Of a stretch of DNA of 64,000 nucleotides, positions 47,267-54,637 are shown piece after piece (positions within the stretch are counted from its first letter, which is position 1; the number at the start of each line of letters is the position of its first letter). The DNA comes from Planctomycetota bacterium. Its GTDB lineage: Bacteria > Planctomycetota > UBA8108 > UBA1146 > JAJFFE01. The stretch covers positions 6,955-70,954 of the forward strand of contig JBCCHQ010000008.1 in assembly GCA_039028735.1 (NCBI GenBank). Reading direction: 5' to 3'. Below the pieces are notes generated by a model, which saw nothing but the letters and a program-made list of their open reading frames with translations, was not told where the DNA came from and searched no databases. The translations under genes and the position numbers were made by a program.

Positions 47267-48850
47267 ATGGGCTCGGACTTCACGACCAACGGCTACGCAG
47301 GACCGGTGCCAATCTTCAGCCGTACCGAGTCACACCGTTTCCTCAGGGAGCTGCTGGTCAACACGCGGGATGCCCCACTCGACTGGGAAAAGGGTTGGGC
47401 ACCGGCGTCGCGACCATACTTCGCACTCGCCTGCCATCCTGCGATCTTGTGTCGCTTGCGCGAGTGGCTGGGGCCAGACGTGCTCCTGTGGGGAGCAATG
47501 CTGATTCACAAGAATCCCGGAGTCGTGCACGCCTGGCACACCGACCTCGAATCTTCAGACCCCAATGGCAAGACCGTAACCGTGTGGTTGGCCCTCAAAG
47601 ACTGCACGCCCGAGTCCTCGCTGCAGGTGATCCCTGGCTCCCACCTCTTCGGACAGACCGTACAAGAGGTCCGTGCTGCAGATGGCATGACTCGTGGAGA
47701 CAGCGGCCCCGAGGACGCGCTACGGTGGGCGCAACAACGCGACGCCAACAGTCAGCTGATGACGCTTGCTACCAGCGACGGCGAAGCGGTCTTCTTCGAT
47801 GGTAGGCTGTGGCACGGCACCGACAACACCTCCACTGTCACACGCACTGCCCTGCTGCTGCAGTACGCAACACCGGAGACGTCCATCCGGATCCCAATGA
47901 ACTTCGATTGGCCGTACGAGACCCTGCCCCATCCACTCCCCCCCTGCGTTCTGGTCAGCGGAGAGGACCACCACCAAGTGAATCGAATTGTCCCCGGCCC
48001 TACTGCATCAGGATCAGCTCGCGGCCCTCGGCTTACCAGCCAGGCACGCCCGTTGGAGTTGCCGCTGGCTCTGGGCAGCGAACCTTGGAAGCCGTTCCCA
48101 ATCTTCCACGGCACAACGGCCGGACAAAGAGAGCTGCACTGTCACATCTCTGCTCTGGCGCCCGGGCACTCGCCACACCCGCCGCACCGCCACGATGAGG
48201 AAGAACTGTTGATGGTCTTGAGCGGGTCGGCTGACGTTGTTCTGCCGGACCTCGCCGAAGACCAACAGCGCCAGCGCCTAAGCGTTGGCGACTGCGTCTA
48301 CTATCCAGCAAACTTCGCCCACACGTTGGAGGGCGTTGGTGACGAGCCCGTCAACTACTTGATGTTGAAGTGGCTCGCTGACCCGACGGAATGCACCGAC
48401 CCGCTAGGGTTCCAGCGCTTCTCATTCACAGCCGCCAACGATGAAAACGCGGGCCCTGGTTTCCAGATTACGCGGCAACTCGACGGCCCCACGGCTTGGT
48501 TGCACAAGCTGCACTGCCACACTTCGGCGATGGAACCCGGCGCCGGCTACGAGCCACACGTCGACGGCTACGACGTGGTGATGATCGTACTCGATGGCGA
48601 ACTCGAGTCCTTGGGCCAGACCCTGACGCCCCATGGCGTCTACTTCTATGCTGCCGGCGAACCTCATGGAGCGCACAACCCGGGAAACAAGACGGCACAC
48701 TACGTAGTTTTCGAGTTCCACGCGCACCCGACCGTCGCCAGCGATCAACCGCCACACATTCCCTACTGGCGGAAGCTCGCAGACCCACGACGCTGGCGCC
48801 GTCGAATCCGCAATGGCGTGCAGCGGCTAGGACGCCTGTTGCGCCGTTGA
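47267..48850 (+). CDS. Phytanoyl-CoA dioxygenase (PhyH)-family domain fused to two cupin domains
   Basis: ATG 47267. The PhyH region reads HAWHTDLESSDPNGKTVTVWLAL...GSHLFG. The cupin motifs are GHSPHPPHRHDEEELLMVLSG and GYEPHVDGYDVVMIVLDGE. Confidence 0.75.
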   Translation: MGSDFTTNGYAGPVPIFSRTESHRFLRELLVNTRDAPLDWEKGWAPASRPYFALACHPAILCRLREWLGPDVLLWGAMLIHKNPGVVHAWHTDLESSDPNGKTVTVWLALKDCTPESSLQVIPGSHLFGQTVQEVRAADGMTRGDSGPEDALRWAQQRDANSQLMTLATSDGEAVFFDGRLWHGTDNTSTVTRTALLLQYATPETSIRIPMNFDWPYETLPHPLPPCVLVSGEDHHQVNRIVPGPTASGSARGPRLTSQARPLELPLALGSEPWKPFPIFHGTTAGQRELHCHISALAPGHSPHPPHRHDEEELLMVLSGSADVVLPDLAEDQQRQRLSVGDCVYYPANFAHTLEGVGDEPVNYLMLKWLADPTECTDPLGFQRFSFTAANDENAGPGFQITRQLDGPTAWLHKLHCHTSAMEPGAGYEPHVDGYDVVMIVLDGELESLGQTLTPHGVYFYAAGEPHGAHNPGNKTAHYVVFEFHAHPTVASDQPPHIPYWRKLADPRRWRRRIRNGVQRLGRLLRR

Positions 48851-48890
48851 AGCTTCGACTCTCGTGACGCTGCGGTCGATTCCAACCCAA

Positions 48891-48931
48891 AGAAAAACGA
48901 GAGAGACGCCCGCGCGGGGAGCCTCTCTCGT
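48891..48931. terminator. Bidirectional terminator-like hairpin between convergent genes 47267..48850 and 48964..50178
   Basis: AGAAAAA then stem ACGAGAGAG/CTCTCTCGT (48897-48905 / 48923-48931) enclosing a GC-palindromic loop (CCCGCGCGGGG). There is no strong T-tract. Confidence 0.45.
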
Positions 48932-48963
48932 CATCGTCGCTTTGCGACCGCTTTGTTCGTTCG

Positions 48964-50178
48964 CTAGCAGCCGGTCACTTGGCAATCGAGCGTGTCCGGA
49001 GACAGATCCGGACCACAGGTCTCGACGATCGGTGGGCCACCGCCAAACATCGACAGCAGCAGCGCCAACGGATCGGCAATATTGACGCCACCATCGTCGT
49101 TCATGTCACCGGCGTCCATGCAAAGCATGGGGCCGTTGTTGAACAGGAAGTTCAGCATGTTGATCGCGTCGGCGATGTTGCAGGCGCCATCGAGGTTGCT
49201 GTCACCACGCAAGAAGGAATCACCAGCTGCAGCGATCGTCACGTCGGCGATCGAGGCTTGGCCAACGTCGTTGAGTACGGTTACTTGGGTCGAACCTGGA
49301 GTCGTCGCCACCACGTCGCACGTGATGTTGACGAAGTCGGTTCCGTAGAGCGCCGTATCGAACGGCACCAAGAAAAGCATGAAGACGACAGCCTGGCTGC
49401 CTCCCATGGTGATGTCACAAGGAATCGGTCCGTTCGCAGCAATGTAGGCGCTGAGACCAGCTCCCGGGTCGATACTAGAGATGGACAGCTGAGTTGGATC
49501 CACAGTGACCGTGAACATCGTCAAGACCAAGGGCATTGTCGACGTCACATCAACCGGCAGCGACACCGGCTGGCCGATCGTCGCTGTCGCGTCAGCGATG
49601 GTGTAGTCGCCAAAGCCCATCGGTACCGGCAGCGGCGGCTGCGGCGGCTGTGGGATCTGGCTTGGATCGATCGGCGTCCCCCCTGGGAAGTTGACCGTGG
49701 CCGTTGAGACGAGTCCCGACATCGTATCTGTCAGAGTCGCAGTCGACGTGCCGACTTGCTGCGCGATTGCCAGACAATCGACGACGACGAACTCGTCGCC
49801 GTAGACAGCCGCGTCGTAGGGAACTCCAAAGAAGAAGAACGCGTTCAGAGCAGAACCGGTGTTCGAGTCATCGCACCCGATCGGGCCGTTGGCGGCGAGG
49901 TATGCCGCGAGGCCTGCGCCCGGATTCCAGCCGGTGATGAGGATATCAGCCGGTGCCACGTTCAGCGTGAACGAGGCCTGCGACGCGATGCCAACGGAGT
50001 CGGCGGAGATCACCATCTGAAACGGCACGCCCAAATCCGATGTTGCGTCCGCAATCGTCAGATCCAGCGTGTTCGGTCCCCCACCTCCGATGGGCGGCAA
50101 CGGGAATGGAATCCCCTGCCCTTGCGCTCCTGAAGTAGCCACCAGGCACAAGAACATCGTAATGGCGAGTCGTCTCAC
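48964..50178 (-). CDS. Secreted protein with two tandem cohesin-like modules and C-terminal dockerin-like module
   Basis: GTG 50178 (GGAGAGGA 8 nt upstream) gives MRRLAITMFLCLVATSGAQG. Modules lie at 49681..50067 and 49216..49614 and contain ...ASFTLNVAPADILITGWNPGAGL... and ...MFTVTVDPTQLSISSIDPGAGL.... The dockerin-like tail is 48967..49215 (FLRGDSNLDGACNIAD...DMNDDGGVNIAD...CGPDLSPDTLDCQVTGC). Confidence 0.75.
   Translation of the reverse strand: MRRLAITMFLCLVATSGAQGQGIPFPLPPIGGGGPNTLDLTIADATSDLGVPFQMVISADSVGIASQASFTLNVAPADILITGWNPGAGLAAYLAANGPIGCDDSNTGSALNAFFFFGVPYDAAVYGDEFVVVDCLAIAQQVGTSTATLTDTMSGLVSTATVNFPGGTPIDPSQIPQPPQPPLPVPMGFGDYTIADATATIGQPVSLPVDVTSTMPLVLTMFTVTVDPTQLSISSIDPGAGLSAYIAANGPIPCDITMGGSQAVVFMLFLVPFDTALYGTDFVNITCDVVATTPGSTQVTVLNDVGQASIADVTIAAAGDSFLRGDSNLDGACNIADAINMLNFLFNNGPMLCMDAGDMNDDGGVNIADPLALLLSMFGGGPPIVETCGPDLSPDTLDCQVTGC
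49216..50067 (-). other. Two homologous ~130-aa cohesin-like modules (49681..50067 and 49216..49614) separated by a Pro-rich linker
   Basis: Internal repeat TIADAT...F.(L/V).V.P..L.I.....PGAGL.AY.AANGPI.CD...VPFD.A.YG..FV. The segment FTVTVDPTQLSISSIDPG matches the cohesin signature F.Y.YDP.VLEI..IEPG. Confidence 0.5.
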
Positions 50179-50484
50179 GATCTTGATCCTCTCCGACGGA
50201 CCCAGTTTCAAAGCGCACGAGGAAGCAGCACGGGGTCCGTCGTGCCAGCGCTTTCGGTTGTTCACGTAACGCCGTACTAGACGCAAACCTGCAACTTGAG
50301 ACAAGGGGGCGTCGGCAGATTCCGGCGAGCGGCCCCTGAGGGGCACGCAGCCGCGAATCGCGGCCCCCATAGCTTGATGAACGAGGGATGCGAACGCCTG
50401 TGACGACTCGAATCACAGTGGCCCGTTCAGCTGCGAACGGGAGTCTCGCACCCGCGCCGTTTCGGCCACATCAAGCGTGAACGG

Positions 50485-53400
50485 CTAGGGACAGAGTGAG
50501 CCGCTGCACGAGACTCCATCGATCGTGCTATCTGCCCCGCAGCCAGAGTTCGGTTCCGCAAACTCCGGACAGGCTCCCGGGAGGCAGGTCGGGGGGAACA
50601 GCACCGTCAGCGTGTAAACGGCGTCGGCGATGTCGACACGTCCGTCGTCGTTCGAATCGCAACGGTCGAGGCAGGTAAGATTCGGCGCCGGACCTGACGG
50701 AAACAGGTGCGTAAGCGTCCGCACAGCGTCGGCAATGTTCGTTGTAGCATCGGCGTTACAATCTCCGCGCTCGAACGGCTCGGACTCGACGGCCTCGAAA
50801 CACATTCGTAGCGACCAGAACTCGATCGTACCCGTCGCCAACGGCGTCTGGTCGACCGCGCGCAACAACCACGTGCCATCTACAGTTTCACCGTCGAACG
50901 TGGACAAAGGCGTAGCACCGTCGGGAGGACGAGTACCGTTGACATCGTCGAAGCCATTGCTCCCCAAGTCGTCAATGTGTCGGCGGACTAAAGTTCCCTC
51001 GTGGGCGTACTGGCGCAACACGACGATCGTTCCGGTTGGCGACTGTAGCTCGATCCGAACATCGCCGACAAAGTCGTGCTGCATCTCCACGACCACTTCG
51101 ACGTCAGCGACTGTCCGTCCGGTCATCGAAAAACTCAGGGGTACTTCGAGCGGCGTACCATCATCGGGAACGGGCCACGGCCCCGTGGCCGTGAGCGCAG
51201 CAGAGTTGACGACCGAACCGTGGCAACTGACAGAACTGAAATCCGAGCCGGGATTGGTCGAGACGATCTCGACGACCTCGTTGTTGGCAGCGTCAATCGC
51301 ATAGAAGGATGCGACGTCGGGGGTGCCGGCTGCCGTCCACGCCAACCCAACGACCTCGCGAGTGGCACTGAGCAGCGGCGTGCGTGCACGTCGGTCGCCA
51401 GCGCTGTTGAGGACAACCGCGAATCGTTCCTCGAGGACATCGCTCTGGACGACATCGAAGAAGTCGCCCGGTCGTGCGGCAACTCCTGCGCCCAACGCGC
51501 CTCCTTCGTTCGGCGCCAGCTCGTCACCAGTCGGCGTGCCGTCGAGCCAGTAGGCGAGCAACCGATCCGCAGCCAAGTCGGCGACCCACAACCGCCCGGC
51601 CGCATCGATCGTTGCCCCTCCCGCTTCCACGAGCCCGGGCAACGCGAGTGGCGGTGTCGGAGCCGAACCGTCGAGACCGGTGATTGTCAGCTGTTCATTG
51701 ATGATCCAGTACAGCGACGTGCCGTCAGTGGCCAGCCCTTCGATGGTCGGGTTCGGTCCGAACCCACTCTGCCCAGGAGAAGTGATGCTAGCGATCTGAC
51801 TGCTGAGATCGCTGGCCACATAGCGGTAGGTAGTGCCAGGCTGTCGCTCAGCAACATAGACATGGGACCCGACGACCGCGATCGCGGCCGGATCGAGGCC
51901 AGAGAAGCTCGCCGATTGGACTTCATCGCCCCCGAGCGGCAGCGGCACGAGCACCTGAATCGATGTTGGAAGACTCTTGGAGCTCCCCACCGTGGCTCGG
52001 ACCGTGACCGTGTGAGCGCCATAGGAGAGCGGTATCGTTGCAGAGCTAGGTCCTTCGAGCACTGAGGACACGGAGCCGACAACGACACAATCGACCAGGA
52101 CCTCAACAAGATCTGAGTCCTGTACGTTCATCCACTCCACCAATGCCGTCGTGCCTTGAGGAGTGACATCGAGATCGTCCGGAGCTGCGACCAAACTTGA
52201 CGCTGGTAGGAACACCGACGAGAAACTGGCGGGACTCGCGACCCCACCGGCGACCCCGTGAACCTCGAGAACGTGCATACCGGGGTCCAGCGCGGCAGGC
52301 GGCGTATACGTTGTGTCCGTCGCGCTCAGCGCGATGATGGGACCGTTGTCGAGCCTGGCCCACGCTGCGGTGTAGTTGGCGCCTGGGGTCCAAGACCATG
52401 TGACGGTGGCACCGGTTACGGTCGCTCCCAGTCCGGTGACAGCAGGCACCGACGATGGGATCTCAACGATGCTACCTGCGACGCCAATCATTCCCCCGCG
52501 CTGACCAATCATCGATACCAGATCGTAGGCACCCGGGGCGAACGGCGCGACCAAAGCAGATTGTTGGGTCCCTTGTACCGTCAACTGCGGTTTGTCGTTC
52601 ACCAGCAGAGTGTAGAAACCACCCGCGAGCGCCGAGGCGCAGTTCACGTTGATGCCGCCACCGGCATCGACCGTGAAGAGGCAGGGAAAGAGCGGCGCCG
52701 GGTCGATGTGACCGATACTGTCGACGTCGGCGTCCGGGTTCGACGCGAAGAAGTGCGACTGCAGCCCAATCGACTCTGCCGTCATGTACAGCTGCGACAA
52801 CAAATCGCCATACGTCTGGCCAGTTTCGAAGCGAAACAAGTCGGCGGCACTCAGACGCTCAGCGCCGCTAGTCAACGAAGGGCTAGCTCGATCGAGCGAG
52901 TACCAACCCAACTCGTATGGCACGATGATTCCGGTCGCGTCGACGGCTAGACCATCGATGTTGTCATCCATGGTCAGCCCGAGCTCGGTCGCCGATTGGT
53001 AGACACTCAAGACACCGGCAGGAGTCAGCTTGTAGACACTGGCAGGGTGAAAGTTCGGCACTCCGCGCCCGACGGAGAAGTAGATGTCGCCAGTACGCGC
53101 GTGCGACGGCGTGTTGTACGTGAACGCTGCCACGTTGGCTACGTGCGGCGGGGTTCCTGACGGTCGTCCCGACAGCCCAGTGAGACCCAGCTGCTCGGCA
53201 AACAGAATCGGGGGCTCCAGGATCGCGCCCGCGGACGCCGTGTTCTCGTCGATGATCTTCATATGCGGACCTGGATCACGGCTGGTGGTCGGCTTGTCGT
53301 TCACAATGAAGATGTCGGCCTCGGACTCATCGGGTGGCTCGTTGAAGAGCGGCGTGTGAGGCAAGCCTGCCGTACGACCTGACGCGGTGCGGCGAATCGA

Positions 53401-53691
53401 AAAGAAGAAAAAGGTGTGATCAGCGCCCTCTTCGCCAAAGTCTGTCCCATACGAGATCGCGTCGACTTCCCCGGCAAGACCCAAGCTCGACAGCCGATCG
53501 GAACCGAAAGTCGTCGTGGCGAGTCGCTGGCTTTCGTTATAGGTAAGGATCGTGTTCGCCGGGAGCCCCATCATTTCGGGGTTCGTGGCATGTGGCGTGT
53601 CTTGCAGTATGTAACTGTGGAAGTCGGCGTGGGCATTGACGGTGAGTAGGCACAGTAGCAGCAGCACGCAAGAACTGTGGCGGGTCAGCAT
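50485..53691 (-). CDS. Large secreted protein: N-terminal unknown region, Fn3-like and NHL/beta-propeller-like segments, proprotein-convertase P-domain, C-terminal dockerin-like module
   Basis: ATG 53691 (GGGAGG upstream) gives MLTRHSSCVLLLLCLLTVNAHA. The P-domain reads GDVRIELQSPTGTIVVLRQ. The dockerin-like tail is 50488..50775 (FERGDCNADATTNIAD...DSNDDGRVDIAD...CGADSTIDGVSCSGSLCP). Confidence 0.75.
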   Translation of the reverse strand: MLTRHSSCVLLLLCLLTVNAHADFHSYILQDTPHATNPEMMGLPANTILTYNESQRLATTTFGSDRLSSLGLAGEVDAISYGTDFGEEGADHTFFFFSIRRTASGRTAGLPHTPLFNEPPDESEADIFIVNDKPTTSRDPGPHMKIIDENTASAGAILEPPILFAEQLGLTGLSGRPSGTPPHVANVAAFTYNTPSHARTGDIYFSVGRGVPNFHPASVYKLTPAGVLSVYQSATELGLTMDDNIDGLAVDATGIIVPYELGWYSLDRASPSLTSGAERLSAADLFRFETGQTYGDLLSQLYMTAESIGLQSHFFASNPDADVDSIGHIDPAPLFPCLFTVDAGGGINVNCASALAGGFYTLLVNDKPQLTVQGTQQSALVAPFAPGAYDLVSMIGQRGGMIGVAGSIVEIPSSVPAVTGLGATVTGATVTWSWTPGANYTAAWARLDNGPIIALSATDTTYTPPAALDPGMHVLEVHGVAGGVASPASFSSVFLPASSLVAAPDDLDVTPQGTTALVEWMNVQDSDLVEVLVDCVVVGSVSSVLEGPSSATIPLSYGAHTVTVRATVGSSKSLPTSIQVLVPLPLGGDEVQSASFSGLDPAAIAVVGSHVYVAERQPGTTYRYVASDLSSQIASITSPGQSGFGPNPTIEGLATDGTSLYWIINEQLTITGLDGSAPTPPLALPGLVEAGGATIDAAGRLWVADLAADRLLAYWLDGTPTGDELAPNEGGALGAGVAARPGDFFDVVQSDVLEERFAVVLNSAGDRRARTPLLSATREVVGLAWTAAGTPDVASFYAIDAANNEVVEIVSTNPGSDFSSVSCHGSVVNSAALTATGPWPVPDDGTPLEVPLSFSMTGRTVADVEVVVEMQHDFVGDVRIELQSPTGTIVVLRQYAHEGTLVRRHIDDLGSNGFDDVNGTRPPDGATPLSTFDGETVDGTWLLRAVDQTPLATGTIEFWSLRMCFEAVESEPFERGDCNADATTNIADAVRTLTHLFPSGPAPNLTCLDRCDSNDDGRVDIADAVYTLTVLFPPTCLPGACPEFAEPNSGCGADSTIDGVSCSGSLCP

Positions 53692-53850
53692 CGAAGTATT
53701 CCTCCCTGATTGTCCCTCGTAGGTAGCTGCGCGACGCCGCGATCGACGCATGGCACCTATCTCTACCCTACTTGCGTGTGCAGTCAGTTTCTGGACAAAG
53801 AACCTGCGAGATTTGTGCAGATCGAGCCCTAAGTCCTTGCCCGCAAAGCT

Positions 53851-54447
53851 CTACGCGTCTTCGATGATTCCAGCTGGCACTCCTCGCTTGCGTAGCCGGC
53901 TACGCAGGCGCTGCCAACGCTTCTCCGCGGATACAGTCGTTAGCTGGAGCAGGGTCGCGACTTCTTTGTGCCCGAGCCCCTCCAACCCGCGATAGATCAA
54001 CAGGCGACGATCTTCGTCACCTAAGTCAGCGACTTCATCGACGAACAACTGTAGCTTCTCGTCTCGAACCACGCGCGACGAGATACTCGTCGCTTGGTCG
54101 GCGACCCGCTCGAGCCCTTCTCGAGTCCCTTGAAAGACGGATTCGCCACGCGCCTTGAGACCACGCAGCGCCTCTCGCAATACGTTGTTTGCGATCCCGA
54201 ACAGCCAGCCGCGAAAGGGGCGCTTCTTGTCGTAGTTTGCGAACCCCAGATAGGCGCGACAGAACACTTCCTGCAGGACGTCCTCAGGATCGATCGAGCG
54301 GCGAAGCCGGGCGCCAATGTGCAGGCGAGCCCACGTGTAGATAGCCGGTGCAACGGGATCATACAGTTCGGTGAACCCACCCATCGGTGGCACACCTACG
54401 CCCCCACCCTGCGGTGGACGCGGATCCGGCATCAGCTCCTCAGGCAT
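53851..54447 (-). CDS. ECF (group IV) RNA polymerase sigma factor
   Basis: Preferred start gives MPEELMPD with GGAGG 6 nt upstream. Regions 2 and 4 include DVLQEVFCRAYLGFANYD and GLGHKEVATLLQLTTVSAEKRWQRLRSRL. Confidence 0.8.
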   Translation of the reverse strand: MPEELMPDPRPPQGGGVGVPPMGGFTELYDPVAPAIYTWARLHIGARLRRSIDPEDVLQEVFCRAYLGFANYDKKRPFRGWLFGIANNVLREALRGLKARGESVFQGTREGLERVADQATSISSRVVRDEKLQLFVDEVADLGDEDRRLLIYRGLEGLGHKEVATLLQLTTVSAEKRWQRLRSRLRKRGVPAGIIEDA

Positions 54448-54637
54448 GCCTACCTCCAACAGTAGCGAAATCAGAGAACCCAGAGCTTCGATCGTAGCGC
54501 CCGCCCAGCCGCAGTGCAACGAACGGCGCCCCCCCTTGATGCGAGGACGCGCTTCTGGGCAGCATGGGGCAGCGAACGCCGCAACTCGGGTGCGATCGCA
54601 GACCAGCAGTCAGACAACGTCGTGAGAATACGCAATC

